A stretch of 63,770 bases of DNA, the filler included. It is 6 parts of 6 records of this genome, joined end to end, with 100 filler letters (N's around TTAATTAATTAA, not from the genome) between each part and the next. Parts side by side here need not be neighbours in the genome. Positions count along the whole stretch, not along the records: positions 1 to 4,702 come from SRR20825010_4925; positions 4,803 to 9,652 come from SRR20825010_4926; positions 9,753 to 39,773 come from SRR20825010_4932; 3 more parts are not named here. One strand, 5' to 3'. The notes under the pieces were generated by a model that saw nothing but the letters and a program-made list of their open reading frames with translations, was not told the DNA's origin and searched no databases. Numbering within the stretch: position 1 is the stretch's first letter; every line of letters starts with the position of its first letter. Of the stretch, positions 1-11,482 are shown one piece after another. Position numbers and translations under genes: made by a program.

Positions 1-28
1 CAGTATTGCGCTGTCCCTGCTTATGTAG

Positions 29-838
29 CTATTTATCCATAATCTCATCAATGCGTCGGCGGGTGACGCTGTACCCGGCCTCCTTCGGGATAAGGAGAAA
101 CTTTCCTTCGTCCGTCAATTCCATCTCAGGAAGTACCGTGAAGGTATCTGTTCCATGCGCATTTGCAACAGCGTCTTCACTGGAGTCGAACTTGCTCAAA
201 GCTTCCACATTCATGCGGGTTGGAAAGATCACCGTGTAATTTCCCTTATCGGCCTCTTCCATAATTTCCTGGGGACCAACCCAGACAGAATCCACAGATT
301 CTTCGCCGTCATGCGCCGCGAGCTGATGTGGTGGCGCCTTGGCGATAAAGAAATGGGTATCAAAGCGTTTCGGCATATGCGTAGGTGTGATCCAGTGCGC
401 AAAATGGCCCATAAGATCGGTCGCAAGTTCCAGATTTTCGGCTCTAACCATATCCAGGATTGGCAACTCACCATTTTGGAGAGGCATTCGGTATTTCGCG
501 GCAAGGGCTTCCAGCCGGTCATGGGTGACAAGGGCGCCCGTCTCCCGATTGCGTGCAAGAAGGATGTTGGCCTCCTCAAAACTTTCGCGGATTGAGGCAA
601 TTTTAAAGGCACGTAAAGAATCTTCCCCTCGCTCACTTTCAGGCAAGTGATCGAGCAGTGCCGGGTCCATATCACCTTCATCTACCTTGCCGCCTGGAAA
701 GACCAGGGCGCCGGAGGCAAAATCGATCTGGTGATGCCGGACTACCATGAAGACTTCGATTTTATCGTTTATCTTTTCACAGTCCCGGACCAGCAAGACC
801 GTCGCGGCAGGTTTGAGGGGAACATTTTTGTCAGTCAT
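29..838 (-). CDS. NUDIX hydrolase (NUDT19-like)
   Basis: PAATVLLVRD...VFPGGKVD...RESFEEA Nudix box and HWITP...KRFDTHFF; start moved to ATG 838 (MTDKNVP). Confidence 0.9.
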   Translation of the reverse strand: MTDKNVPLKPAATVLLVRDCEKINDKIEVFMVVRHHQIDFASGALVFPGGKVDEGDMDPALLDHLPESERGEDSLRAFKIASIRESFEEANILLARNRETGALVTHDRLEALAAKYRMPLQNGELPILDMVRAENLELATDLMGHFAHWITPTHMPKRFDTHFFIAKAPPHQLAAHDGEESVDSVWVGPQEIMEEADKGNYTVIFPTRMNVEALSKFDSSEDAVANAHGTDTFTVLPEMELTDEGKFLLIPKEAGYSVTRRRIDEIMDK

Positions 839-905
839 AGAGCACCATTCTTGTTCTTTTTCGAACATTGTGCCCGAGAGTGACGGGAGTATCAACTAAA
901 TGCTT

Positions 906-1640
906 TTACAGCATTACTTCCAGCGCCGCGAGAATGGGGCCATAACCCTCCTGCTGGATGATCAATGCGCAGCCGTCTCTGCCCTCTGTCCGCATCTCAT
1001 TGAGGTCTAGAGAAATGGTTTTTGCGTCGCCCGACCATTCCCCGAGGGATCGGATTTTGCGTACCACATTATGATAGGTAATGATTCGGCCCGTATTTTC
1101 GCCCCGCCGGATATCTACATCTTTTGTGCGGTCAATATCAACGAGCCAAATGGTGGCGGCGCCGGATCCTGCCGGCAGGTTCACATCGAGCATATCGCCG
1201 TTAAATGCCCATTCAAGCGGAAGGTTTTTTGCGTGATCCGTGTGCTTTTCGATTAACGCGTTCACACTGCTCCGGTCTGAACCGACGACATGGGCTTTCC
1301 CGCCAACAACCATTTGTGGCGTATACACATAGCGTGAATTAAAACGCCCACGATATTCAACTTGGCGGTCGTCGTTGGCGGCACTACCGAATATGTCCTT
1401 CCAGCCGATATAATCCCAATAGGTTACGGCAAAGGAAAGGCCCATTACCTTCTCATCCTTGATGAGATCGCCAAGCAGTTCATCCGCAGGAGGGCAGGAG
1501 CTGCACCCCTGCGAGGTATAGAGCTCAACCACGGTAGAGGGTTGATGTGCACTCTGGGCGCTGGCCGACTGGGCGCCGACAATCATTATGACGGCAGAGA
1601 GACAGCTTACAGCCAGTATGGCGAGGCGATTTCTTTTCAT
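906..1640 (-). CDS. DUF1223 secreted thioredoxin-like protein
   Basis: Signal peptide; VVELYTSQGCSSCPPAD, YWDYIGWKD, YTPQMVV, GENxGR..YHNVVR motifs. Confidence 0.9.
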   Translation of the reverse strand: MKRNRLAILAVSCLSAVIMIVGAQSASAQSAHQPSTVVELYTSQGCSSCPPADELLGDLIKDEKVMGLSFAVTYWDYIGWKDIFGSAANDDRQVEYRGRFNSRYVYTPQMVVGGKAHVVGSDRSSVNALIEKHTDHAKNLPLEWAFNGDMLDVNLPAGSGAATIWLVDIDRTKDVDIRRGENTGRIITYHNVVRKIRSLGEWSGDAKTISLDLNEMRTEGRDGCALIIQQEGYGPILAALEVML

Positions 1641-1703
1641 AGTTCCTAGATAGCTTATTCCGCCATCACAGACAAATCACCTGTGAGTGAGAAGGAGGTG
1701 AAC

Positions 1704-1734
1704 AAAAAACGGCGGCTCTTTCGAACCGCCGTTT
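1704..1734 (-). terminator. Intrinsic terminator after acnA
   Basis: AAACGGCGG...CCGCCGTTT stem followed by a U-tract on the minus strand. Confidence 0.75.
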
Positions 1735-1759
1735 CCTACATCCGCTTGCTATCTGGATA

Positions 1760-4453
1760 TTAACTTGCTGACAGATTTCTCAGCACATACTGCAAGATAC
1801 CGTCGTGGCGGTAATATTCGACCTCATCGAGCGTATCGATACGACACAGCAGGTCGATTTCCTGCGATGAGCCGTCGGAGCGCGTGATCTTGCAAGCGAC
1901 AGTCATGCGTGGTGTGATACCGCCTTCAATGCCGACAAGATCAACCATTTCGCTGCCATCGAGATTGAGTGTCTTGCGGGTAACGCCTTCCGGGAACTGG
2001 AGGGGCAGAATGCCCATGCCAACGAGGTTGGATCGGTGAATGCGTTCAAAACTCTCGGCGATAACAGCCTTGATGCCGAGGAGCAAAGTACCCTTGGCGG
2101 CCCAGTCTCGGCTGGAGCCCGTACCATATTCCTTGCCCGCGAAAACGACGAGAGGCGTGCCTTCTTCACGGTATTTCATGGCGGCATCATAGATCCACAT
2201 CTGCGCCCCATCGGGCATATGCCTGGTGACACCGCCTTCGGTGCCGGGTGCTACTTCGTTGCGAAGCCGGATATTGGCAAAGGTACCGCGGGTCATGACC
2301 TGATCGTTGCCACGTCGCGACCCATAGGAGTTGAAGTCCTTCTGCGCAACCTGATGTGATTTCAGATATTCCCCGGCAGGGCCGTCCGCCTTGATCGCGC
2401 CCGCGGGCGAGATATGGTCTGTCGTGACCGAATCACCGAGAAGTGCGAGAACGCGTGCGCCATTGATATCCTCGAACGCGCCCGGCTCCTTCTGCATCCC
2501 TTCGAAGTACGGCGGATGCTGCACATAGGTAGAGGTGCTGTCCCAAGTATAAGTCTGCCCTTCCGCCATCTTGATTGATTGCCAGGTCGCATCACCGGAA
2601 AATACGTCGGCATACTGTATTTCGAACATATCGCGGGTTACGGCTTCACGTACCGTCTGATGCACTTCCGCATTGCTCGGCCAGATATCCTTCAGGTAAA
2701 CCGGATTGCCGTCCTTGTCATTGCCCAGCGCATCTTTGGTGATATCGATATTGAGCGATCCCGCGATTGCATAGGCAACAACCAGTGGCGGAGATGCCAG
2801 ATAGTTTGCTTTTGCCTGCGGGCTGACCCGGCCTTCGAAGTTACGGTTTCCGGAAAGAACCGAACAGGCAACAAGCTCGCCTTCGGCAATGGCATCGGCA
2901 ATTGCCGGAGCCACGGGACCGGAGTTTCCGATACAGGTCGTGCAGCCGTAGCCGACCAAGTTAAACCCGAGGGCATCCAGATCATCTTGAAGCCCTGCCT
3001 TTTCAAGATAGTCAGTGACCACTTTTGAACCGGGGGCGAGGGAGGTTTTCACCCATGGCTTAACAGTCAAGCCTTTCGCGAGTGCATTGCGCGCAACCAG
3101 ACCAGCGGCCAGCATCACATTCGGATTGGAAGTATTAGTGCAGGACGTGATCGCCGCGATGATGACGTTACCATGGCCGATTTTGTATTCCTCGCCTGCT
3201 ACTTGGATCAGTTTATCCAGATCGCTGCTTGTTCCGGCCAGTTCCGGCAGGGCGCCCTGGAAGGCGTTGGCCGCATCGGCTAACAAAACGCGATCCTGCG
3301 GCCGCTTTGGACCGGCAAGGCTTGGCTCAACCGTTGAAATATCAAGTTCCAGTGTCGCCGTGAATTCAGGGTCCGGCGTGTCATTGTCACGCCACATGCC
3401 TTGTGCCTTGGCGTAGGCTTCGACCAGCTTGACCCGTTTTGGATCGCGTGCGGTGAAGTTGAGATAATTGATGGTTTCGGCGTCGATTGGGAAGAAGCCG
3501 CATGTTGCGCCATATTCCGGTGCCATGTTGGAAATGGTTGCCCGGTCAGCGAGGCCTAGTTCGGCGATGCCGGGACCATAGAATTCAACGAACTTGCCGA
3601 CAACGCCCTGCGCGCGGAGCATTTGGGTCACTGTCAGAACGAGGTCGGTCGCCGTCGTCCCTTCTTTCAGTTTGCCAGTCAGTTTGAAACCGACAACTTC
3701 GGGGATCAACATGGAAATCGGCTGGCCAAGCATAACGGCTTCCGCTTCGATCCCGCCAACGCCCCAGCCAAGCACGGCCAGGCCGTTGACCATAGTCGTG
3801 TGACTATCTGTGCCGACCAATGTATCCGGATACGCGACTTCGGCACCGTTCTGGTCATTTGTGGTCCAGACTGTCTGCGCGAGATACTCAAGATTGACCT
3901 GATGGCAGATGCCGGTTCCGGGAGGCACAACACGGAAATTGTTAAAGGCTTTCTGACCCCAGCGAAGAAACGCATAGCGTTCACCGTTCCGCTCCATTTC
4001 CAGCTCCACGTTCTGGCCGAAGGAGGCTGCGGTACCGAATTTGTCGACCATCACGGAATGGTCAATCACGAGATCACATTGCGCCAGCGGGTTGATCTTT
4101 TCTGGATCCCCGCCGAGGGACACCATGGCATCACGCATTGCAGCAAGATCGACAACGGCTGGCACACCCGTGAAATCCTGCATCAGGACGCGGGCCGGGC
4201 GATAGGCGATTTCACGATCCGCCTTGCGGTCTTTCAGCCATCCTGCCATTGCGTTCACATCTTCTGACGTGACGGTGCGGCCATCTTCGTGGCGCAGCAG
4301 ATTTTCAAGCAGGACTTTCAGGGAAAAGGGAAGGCGGGAAACATCGCCGAGACCGGCTTTTTCCGCTTCCGGGATGCTGTAATAGTCGTATTTGTCGCCA
4401 TCGACATCGAGTGTGCGGCGAATGTTAAGGCTGTCGTGACCAGTTGTCGTCAA
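1760..4453 (-). CDS. acnA: Aconitate hydratase A
   Basis: [51 protein letters not shown]; likely TTG start at 4453 after AAGGAG RBS. Confidence 0.97.
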   Translation of the reverse strand: MTTTGHDSLNIRRTLDVDGDKYDYYSIPEAEKAGLGDVSRLPFSLKVLLENLLRHEDGRTVTSEDVNAMAGWLKDRKADREIAYRPARVLMQDFTGVPAVVDLAAMRDAMVSLGGDPEKINPLAQCDLVIDHSVMVDKFGTAASFGQNVELEMERNGERYAFLRWGQKAFNNFRVVPPGTGICHQVNLEYLAQTVWTTNDQNGAEVAYPDTLVGTDSHTTMVNGLAVLGWGVGGIEAEAVMLGQPISMLIPEVVGFKLTGKLKEGTTATDLVLTVTQMLRAQGVVGKFVEFYGPGIAELGLADRATISNMAPEYGATCGFFPIDAETINYLNFTARDPKRVKLVEAYAKAQGMWRDNDTPDPEFTATLELDISTVEPSLAGPKRPQDRVLLADAANAFQGALPELAGTSSDLDKLIQVAGEEYKIGHGNVIIAAITSCTNTSNPNVMLAAGLVARNALAKGLTVKPWVKTSLAPGSKVVTDYLEKAGLQDDLDALGFNLVGYGCTTCIGNSGPVAPAIADAIAEGELVACSVLSGNRNFEGRVSPQAKANYLASPPLVVAYAIAGSLNIDITKDALGNDKDGNPVYLKDIWPSNAEVHQTVREAVTRDMFEIQYADVFSGDATWQSIKMAEGQTYTWDSTSTYVQHPPYFEGMQKEPGAFEDINGARVLALLGDSVTTDHISPAGAIKADGPAGEYLKSHQVAQKDFNSYGSRRGNDQVMTRGTFANIRLRNEVAPGTEGGVTRHMPDGAQMWIYDAAMKYREEGTPLVVFAGKEYGTGSSRDWAAKGTLLLGIKAVIAESFERIHRSNLVGMGILPLQFPEGVTRKTLNLDGSEMVDLVGIEGGITPRMTVACKITRSDGSSQEIDLLCRIDTLDEVEYYRHDGILQYVLRNLSAS

Positions 4454-4702
4454 CGTATCGCTCCTTGAAGGTAGGGGGAACGGGCAATGCCGGATTTGCG
4501 GCACCGGTTCATAATGTGCGTTATGTGCCTTAAATTTGAAAAATTCTCAAGTACAAAGCTGCGGAACCGGCGTTTCAGGTATCATTATCTTGTATGTGAT
4601 GCGCGATTGGCCCGCAAAAGAAGGCTCTATTATTTGCGAATCCGACTTTCATGCTGTAGTCAGGGAAACAGGCTGATGCCCTGTTCCCTGTCTCTTTAGG
4701 AG

Positions 4703-4802
4703 NNNNNNNNNNNNNNNNNNNNNNNNNNNNNNNNNNNNNNNNNNNNTTAATTAATTAANNNNNNNNNNNNNNNNNNNNNNNNNNNNNNNNNNNNNNNNNN
4801 NN
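4703..4802. other. Artificial contig spacer
   Basis: N44-TTAATTAATTAA-N44, stops in all six frames. Confidence 0.98.
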
Positions 4803-5356
<554 letters not shown>

Positions 5357-5409
5357 TCAGACGCCCTTCATGTTTGTCCACTTAAGCCCGGCAACTCCGG
5401 GCCATGCTG

Positions 5410-6462
5410 CTACAAGTAATTCATCAAGCTCATCTGCTGGATCCGGGCCGTGAGCGTGTAAGACGTCTCGACCTGGGCCAGCAAAGATTTCATTCGCGTG
5501 GAAGCCTCATAGGCATCCACACCTTCGACATCACCCAGATGCAGGGTGATGATGCGGAGTTGTGATTCGAGCGCGGTGTTTGCCTTGGTGATGCGGTTTT
5601 CCGAGACACCGAGAATACTGCGTTCATTGTCGATCCCGGTCGCGGCTGCGCCAGCGTACTTGATCGCGGACTGGTTGAGGGCCGAGCGAACCTCAGCCGA
5701 GATCGGCGAATTGAGCAATTCGACACCAATCACGGCGGCCATCGCAAAATTGCGCATGCCGGCCGAGTTGGCGTTGGTGCTGGATTCCACCACCTCGTTC
5801 TTCTGAATGCGGCTTGTAATGTTGGTATCGGATGCGCTGGACCAGTTCGTGGTCCAGTCGGTGCCGTTGAAGGACGGCTCCAGAAAGTTGTCGAGGAAAT
5901 CCTGCATATCAGCCACCGTGATGGTGGCAGCCAGCGGATCATCCTGGGCAAAGCCGAACTTGCTGAAGAACAAAGCATCGAAAGCCACCTTTGGCGGCGA
6001 TCCGGCAGAGAGATATTCCTGCAACGGCTGCGCGTTGGTGTTGATACCGGCGAACAGATACTCGCCATTGGAGGACGTGTTGGCGGCGACCGTGTAGGCG
6101 CCAAGGGCCGTTTCGACATCGCGCTGGGCGATCAGCAACCGGTTGGCATCATCCGATCCGTTGACCGCGATGAATGCCTCAAGCATCTGCTGGGCGGCAT
6201 CGGCCATCAGGTCGAGCGATGACTGGGAGGCCGACAGCCGCTGGGTGACCAGCGCGTTCGTATCCAGGATAGCCTGCAGCCTCGACACGTCGCTGTTGAG
6301 GGTAACGCTGTTGGAGGCCTTGGCGCCGAGCGCCAAACCGATATCGGCGTAGCGGCCGGTGACGATTTCGGTATTCAGTTTCTGGATTTCATTCTGCCCG
6401 CGGCCGATGGTCAGCCGCATGGCATTCTGCATTGCTATGTTTGAAACGAAACTCGTTTTCAT
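5410..6462 (-). CDS. flgL: Flagellar hook-associated protein 3
   Basis: NGEYLFAGINT and C-terminal SYTLTARIQQMSLMNYL; start at MKTSFVS. Confidence 0.92.
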   Translation of the reverse strand: MKTSFVSNIAMQNAMRLTIGRGQNEIQKLNTEIVTGRYADIGLALGAKASNSVTLNSDVSRLQAILDTNALVTQRLSASQSSLDLMADAAQQMLEAFIAVNGSDDANRLLIAQRDVETALGAYTVAANTSSNGEYLFAGINTNAQPLQEYLSAGSPPKVAFDALFFSKFGFAQDDPLAATITVADMQDFLDNFLEPSFNGTDWTTNWSSASDTNITSRIQKNEVVESSTNANSAGMRNFAMAAVIGVELLNSPISAEVRSALNQSAIKYAGAAATGIDNERSILGVSENRITKANTALESQLRIITLHLGDVEGVDAYEASTRMKSLLAQVETSYTLTARIQQMSLMNYL

Positions 6463-6466
6463 CCGA

Positions 6467-7930
6467 TTACCTCGCCACCGCCAAGAGGGCCTGGAGCATT
6501 TCATCGACCGCGGAGATCAACCGGGCCGATGCCTTGTAGGACTGCTCCAGTTCGAGCAGGATCGACATTTCCTCATCCAGCGAAACACTGGTGATGTTTG
6601 AAAAGGCTTCTTGCGAACGGAAGCGCGAGGCCTCGCGCGATTCAGCCGCCGATTCCGCATCGCTTCGGTTGAGTTCCAGCCAGCCGATTGATTCCGCGGC
6701 AAAGGCCAGAATGCTGCTTGACGTGGAAATACCGGCGGCCGCATCAAACGCCATAGGCTCGTCAAGAACCTGGACGTGGGCATCGAGCAGCGTGGAAAAC
6801 CCCGAAGCGCCAGAGGGATTGGAGCTGTAGGCCGCACCATTTATTCCACCGTCGCGCAACAACAGCGGATTGCCACCGGCTGACTGCAACAGCGCCGGAT
6901 TGACCGTTATCGACGAGGCGATGCCGGGCACGATCGTCGCGCCAACCGGAATGGTTCCACCGCTCCAGGTAAACAGCCCCGGCATGTCCGGCAGCGCCGG
7001 GATGGCCGACTGATCCGATTCGGCAAAGGCGACCACAAGCCCGCGTGCGATTTCGTCGAGGTGATCCTGCATCGACGGGGCATACTCGTCACGGATCTGC
7101 AGCAGCGACTGCAGCGAACCGCGGCCGGTGGTGTTGGCGCCATCGCCCGCTGCCAGCGGAACGCCATCAATGAAGATCTGATTGCCCGAAACCGAAGCCG
7201 AGAAGCCCGAGGAGGTGTCGAACTCCACCGGACGCGCAACCGTTTCGAACAAGGTGATGCCATCGCTTGTGTAAAGCGCCATGTCGTTGCCCGAGCGGGT
7301 GACCTGAGTGACGCCGATGATCGACGAGATCTGCTTGATCAGCGAGTCGCGCTCGTCCAGTTCGGCACTGACGTCCTTGCCGGTCTGGGTACCGCTGTAG
7401 ATCCTGTTGTTGCTGGTCTCAAACCGCGCCAGCAGTTCGTTGAGGGTCTGGACCTGCTGTCCGATTGCCTTGTCAGCTTCGAAGCGGACGCTCTGGACCG
7501 ACTTTGAAGCCTCGTTGAGTCCATTGGCCACGGTGACCGCATCGGCGATCGCCATTTGCGCAAGCGTGGCTTCGCCAGGCTTCGAAGCGAATGTCGCAAG
7601 CGTATCGCGCATGGTTGCGATCAGGACGGCAGGCGACGTTTCGTAGTCGTTGCCGCCCAGAATGTTTTTCAGGTTGCTCAACCCGGTGAGCAGGGTTTCC
7701 TGGGCGCTGGCAGTCGACGTGTCCCGGATGCTGCGCACAAACAGTGCCATATCCTGGGCGCGCTGAATGCTGACGCCCTGGGCCCCGATTACGGAATTCG
7801 TCAGGATCGCATCGCGCCGAACGTAATCCGGATTGGAGGAGTTGGATATGTTTCGCGAAATCACACTTGTCTGTGTCGCGTAATTGGACAGAGACGATTG
7901 CGCTGTACTGAGTGCTGATGTCAGAGACAT
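6467..7930 (-). CDS. flgK: Flagellar hook-associated protein 1
   Basis: MSLTSALSTAQSSL...SRNISN and VSLDEEMSILLELEQSYKASARLI. Confidence 0.94.
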   Translation of the reverse strand: MSLTSALSTAQSSLSNYATQTSVISRNISNSSNPDYVRRDAILTNSVIGAQGVSIQRAQDMALFVRSIRDTSTASAQETLLTGLSNLKNILGGNDYETSPAVLIATMRDTLATFASKPGEATLAQMAIADAVTVANGLNEASKSVQSVRFEADKAIGQQVQTLNELLARFETSNNRIYSGTQTGKDVSAELDERDSLIKQISSIIGVTQVTRSGNDMALYTSDGITLFETVARPVEFDTSSGFSASVSGNQIFIDGVPLAAGDGANTTGRGSLQSLLQIRDEYAPSMQDHLDEIARGLVVAFAESDQSAIPALPDMPGLFTWSGGTIPVGATIVPGIASSITVNPALLQSAGGNPLLLRDGGINGAAYSSNPSGASGFSTLLDAHVQVLDEPMAFDAAAGISTSSSILAFAAESIGWLELNRSDAESAAESREASRFRSQEAFSNITSVSLDEEMSILLELEQSYKASARLISAVDEMLQALLAVAR

Positions 7931-7961
7931 TGACTGTTCTTTCTAGCTCCCAAGTCGAACT

Positions 7962-9224
7962 TTATCGCTTGAGATTTACGAGGACGTCCAACAAGTCCGA
8001 ACCGGTCTGGAAGACCTTGGAATTGGCCGTGTAGCTGCGCTGGGATGCGATCATGTCGGTCAGCTCGGTGGCCAGATCGACATTGGATCCTTCCGTGGCG
8101 CCCGAAATGATCTTGCCGAAGCCGCCGGAACCGCCGAAGCCGGTGGTGATGACGCCGGAATCGATCCCCTGCGAATAGACGTTTCCGGGGAGCGGGATGA
8201 GATTGTTGGGGCTGGCGACGTTGGCAAGGGCAACCCGGTAGAGTGGCTTCAGGTCACCGTTCTCGTACTTCGCATAGACCGTGCCGTCGGTGGAAATCTC
8301 GATATCGGTCACCGCGCTCGGCGCATTGCCGTCAACGTCGGCATCATCGACGGTGAAGGGGTAATTGAGCTGGGTCATGTCCTTCAGGTCGACTGTGAGC
8401 GTCGCACCGCCAGGCACGTTCAAGACGATGTCTGTCGCGCTTGCTGCCGCAAGGGCGCCGTTGAGCGCGGGATCGAATGTCAGCGTCTGGGTGGCAAGAG
8501 CGGCCGAACCGTAGGGGAATGCCGTTCCCGGCGTGGCGTCCGCGCGGTCATAGACGGCAACCTCCCACACATCATTGGCGGTCTTGGAGTAGTAGAAGTC
8601 GAGCAGGATTTCCTTGCCGACGGTGTCGTACACGACAAGCGAGCTCTTGTGGTTGTACTGCGCGGTGGCGGCGTTCGCCGATGGCAGGTCGGCAGCCGGG
8701 ATGATGGCGGCACTGTCATCAAGGTTTGCGTAGAACAGGCCGGTGGTGGAGGGCGTCGCGGTCAGACCGGCCGAGTTGACGTTGACCGGAACCAGCCCGT
8801 CAAAACCGTTGACCACCGGAGCCGGCGGTCCGCCGGCATAGTCGTAGCCCATCAACGTGAAGCCGGCCGCGTTGACCAGAGAGCCATCACCGGCTTTGAC
8901 GAAGGATCCGGCACGGGTCAGAAACGAGCCGCCATTGCTGTCGTTGACGATGAAAAAGCCGTCGCCATCGATAGCCAGGTCGGTGTTGGACGTGGTGAAC
9001 TCAAGAGGGCCGGCATCGGTAATGGAATAGCGCACGCTCGTCTGCACGGCGCCGGAGTTGTAGGTGCCGGCGCTGCTGGGCAGAAGCAGCGAGGAAAATG
9101 CCGTGCTTGCCTTTTTGTAACCGGGCGTACTGGAATTGGCGATGTTGTCGGCAACGGTGCTAAGACGGTTGGCTTGTGCGTTCATGCCGGACGCACCGGT
9201 TTGCATCATTCCGTAAAGGCTCAT
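7962..9224 (-). CDS. flgE: Flagellar hook protein
   Basis: ADNIANSSTPGYK, DLAIDGDGFF, TRAGSF, SNVDLATELTDMIASQRSYTANSKV. Confidence 0.96.
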   Translation of the reverse strand: MSLYGMMQTGASGMNAQANRLSTVADNIANSSTPGYKKASTAFSSLLLPSSAGTYNSGAVQTSVRYSITDAGPLEFTTSNTDLAIDGDGFFIVNDSNGGSFLTRAGSFVKAGDGSLVNAAGFTLMGYDYAGGPPAPVVNGFDGLVPVNVNSAGLTATPSTTGLFYANLDDSAAIIPAADLPSANAATAQYNHKSSLVVYDTVGKEILLDFYYSKTANDVWEVAVYDRADATPGTAFPYGSAALATQTLTFDPALNGALAAASATDIVLNVPGGATLTVDLKDMTQLNYPFTVDDADVDGNAPSAVTDIEISTDGTVYAKYENGDLKPLYRVALANVASPNNLIPLPGNVYSQGIDSGVITTGFGGSGGFGKIISGATEGSNVDLATELTDMIASQRSYTANSKVFQTGSDLLDVLVNLKR

Positions 9225-9270
9225 CGCGTAATCCCTCGTTTGCTACTGCGATTTAGATTAGCTAGCGGGC

Positions 9271-9285
9271 CTTGCGTGAACCTGA
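9271..9285 (-). promoter_or_regulatory. Putative Rem/FtcR-dependent class II flagellar promoter motif
   Basis: TCAGGTTCACGCAAG upstream of flgE resembles the rhizobial CGCAAG-containing motif (from memory of the consensus). Confidence 0.5.
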
Positions 9286-9343
9286 TTGTTTGTGATGCTA
9301 ATGGAGGTGGCCAACCGCGTTTTTCGGGCTGGCCAAATCCCAC

Positions 9344-9652
9344 TTACTTCCAATCGATCAGGTATCCGAGGAACCGCTTCGAATCGATCGGGTCAAAACC
9401 CAGACGCTTGCGCAGTTTCTTGCGCAGCTTGGAAATGTGGCTTTCAACAACGTTCTCTTCCACGTCTTCGTCGAAGATCCCGTAGATTGCGTTGAAGATC
9501 TGCTGCTTGGTCACCCGGCGGCCGCGGTTGGCGACAAGATATTCGAGGATGCGGCGTTCGCGCCTGGGCAGGGCAAATGTGCGATCCTCGATCTCCGGAT
9601 CCCGGCCGTCGGAAAACACCCGGATGGGGCCGATCTCGATATGGGTCGAAAT
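9344..9652 (-). CDS. OmpR-family flagellar regulator (Rem/FtcR), C-terminal part
   Basis: [12 protein letters not shown]...[15 protein letters not shown]...SKRFLGY winged helix directly upstream of flgE; 5' truncated. Confidence 0.88.
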   Translation of the reverse strand: MSTHIEIGPIRVFSDGRDPEIEDRTFALPRRERRILEYLVANRGRRVTKQQIFNAIYGIFDEDVEENVVESHISKLRKKLRKRLGFDPIDSKRFLGYLIDWK

Positions 9653-9752
9653 NNNNNNNNNNNNNNNNNNNNNNNNNNNNNNNNNNNNNNNNNNNNTTAA
9701 TTAATTAANNNNNNNNNNNNNNNNNNNNNNNNNNNNNNNNNNNNNNNNNNNN
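9653..9752. other. Artificial contig spacer
   Basis: N44-TTAATTAATTAA-N44. Confidence 0.98.
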
Positions 9753-10376
9753 AAAATTCTCGGGCCTGAGCCAGAACTGGTAAGCCGCACGGATATCTGG
9801 CCACTCACGGTCGATGATGGAATACCAGGCGGTATCGCGGTTTTTGCCCTTCATGACCATATCGTTCCTGAAAATGCCTTCAAAGCTATAGCCAAACCGG
9901 ATCGCCGCGCGCTTTGATGCCTCATTTGCCGCGTTGCATTTCCATTCAAAGCGGCGATAGCCCAGGTCGTCAAACACGTGCTCAGTCATCAGCGCGATGG
10001 CTTCCGTCGCCTCTCGGGTACGCTGCAGTGCATGGCCAAACACAACACAGCCAACCTCGGCGCTGCCGTGTGCCTCACGGATACGCATATAACTTGCCAT
10101 ACCCAGCACCTCACCGTCCCCCACCTTGCGGATCACAAGGGTCTGCCAGCCCTGATGGCGGTTTGCTTCTCTCAGCGCGTGGCAAAGCGTTGTTTTATCC
10201 GCGAAGGGGCCAAGCGGGATATATTGCCAGAGGTCTGCGTTTTCTTCGCCCCCCACCGCATGAAATAGACCGTCGCAATGGGTGGCCACGTCAAATGGCT
10301 CAAGCGTTACATTACGCCCCTCAAGGCATACAACACCGGGCCGGGCTTTCGGCTGCCAGTTTGGTATATCAAACAT
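9753..10376 (-). CDS. RimJ/RimL-type GNAT acetyltransferase (3' truncated)
   Basis: LGYRRFEWKCNAANEASKRAAIRFG..FEGIFR...NRDTAWYSI. Confidence 0.9.
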
Positions 10377-10410
10377 CTCTCATGCTTTCTTAATAACAGC
10401 TAACCGTCGC

Positions 10411-10719
10411 TTATCGTGACCCGGGTGGGGTTTTACTCACGCGGGCCGCAAATTCTTTTTGTTCCTGGACGCTCACAGGTTTGAAGACCTTGTCTTTACG
10501 CGCCGGTTGGTGGCTGAGCGACACCCCCGGTCGCCACTCAGTGGACGGACGGATCGGCCGGGCAACAAAATTGCCCCCGCAATTTGGGCAGACATGACCG
10601 AGCACGTGTTCAGCGCAATCCGCACAAAAAGTACATTCATAGGAACAGATCATCGCCTCCGTGCTGTTCGGTGGCAGCGCTTTGTCACAATGTTCGCAAC
10701 TTGGCCTTAGTTGCAGCAT
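10411..10719 (-). CDS. DUF1272 Cys-rich protein
   Basis: MLQLRPSCEHCD...ICSYECTFCADC...CPNCGG..VARPIRP. Confidence 0.9.
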   Translation of the reverse strand: MLQLRPSCEHCDKALPPNSTEAMICSYECTFCADCAEHVLGHVCPNCGGNFVARPIRPSTEWRPGVSLSHQPARKDKVFKPVSVQEQKEFAARVSKTPPGSR

Positions 10720-10729
10720 CTTCGTCTCC

Positions 10730-11383
10730 TCATCGCGCCCAGTGATAAGCGGGTAAAACCTTGTGATTGAGCGGGGCTTTTTCTCCCTCAGGTGCGGTGT
10801 GGGCCGCGCCTGTTACGGTGCGGATATCCACATGCCCGGCCCATATGGGCCAGTCAGCTTCCTCAGCGTCACCGGGGCCGCCATCGCGCACCTTGGCGCT
10901 CGCGTCCTCAATCTTCATCACCAGAAGGCCTGTGGCCTTGCGCTCCTGCGCGGTCATGGGCCGAAGCTGGCCCCAGCGTGCAGGCGCGATCTGGTCAAAA
11001 AACAGTTCCATCTGGCGGTCAAACTCCGCGTCGTCTGTCACCAGTTCCGGCACACCAAAACACACCACCGAGCGGTAATTGGCGCTGGTATTGAAGGCTG
11101 AGCGCGCGAGCACAAGCCCGTCAAGCTGGGTCACACACACGCTGGCCGGCGCACCGCTTGAAAGATGTTTGATCATCCGGCTGGCGCTTGAGCCGTGCCA
11201 GTAAAGCCGGTTGTCCTCGCGCCAATAGCTGGTTGGCAGGATATGCGGCTGGCCGTCCATCTCAAACGCCACATGGCACAGGAAATGACTGTCGAGAATG
11301 CGGTAAACCGTCTCTTCATCATACACTGCACGCTTGTGGCCCCGCCGTACCCGGTTCCGGTCGTTTTTAGCAAAATCACTCAT
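10730..11383 (-). CDS. Pyridoxamine 5'-phosphate oxidase-like flavin-binding protein (NimA/PNPOx family)
   Basis: RA.YD, LYWHGSSASRM, DGLVLARSAF..SANYRSVV. Confidence 0.88.
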   Translation of the reverse strand: MSDFAKNDRNRVRRGHKRAVYDEETVYRILDSHFLCHVAFEMDGQPHILPTSYWREDNRLYWHGSSASRMIKHLSSGAPASVCVTQLDGLVLARSAFNTSANYRSVVCFGVPELVTDDAEFDRQMELFFDQIAPARWGQLRPMTAQERKATGLLVMKIEDASAKVRDGGPGDAEEADWPIWAGHVDIRTVTGAAHTAPEGEKAPLNHKVLPAYHWAR

Positions 11384-11447
11384 GGTGGCACCTCTGAGAA
11401 CTGAACGCTTTTCACCCCTAAAGTTTGCGTTTATATTGATCCCTTAG

Positions 11448-11482
11448 AAAGAGCCAATTACGTTAAGTTAAAGGTGCCAATT
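11448..11482. promoter_or_regulatory. Putative MocR operator direct repeats
   Basis: AAAGAGCCAATT (11448) and AAGGTGCCAATT (11471) between divergent genes; the second covers the regulator GTG start. Confidence 0.55.

Noticed and set aside
1655-1692. TCAC(A) repeats upstream of DUF1223 as an ECF promoter
   Set aside because: Spacing did not fit a consensus I could state with confidence.
4747-4758. TTAATTAATTAA repeated five times
   Set aside because: Always centred in N-runs; an artificial six-frame stop linker, not a biological repeat or CtrA site.
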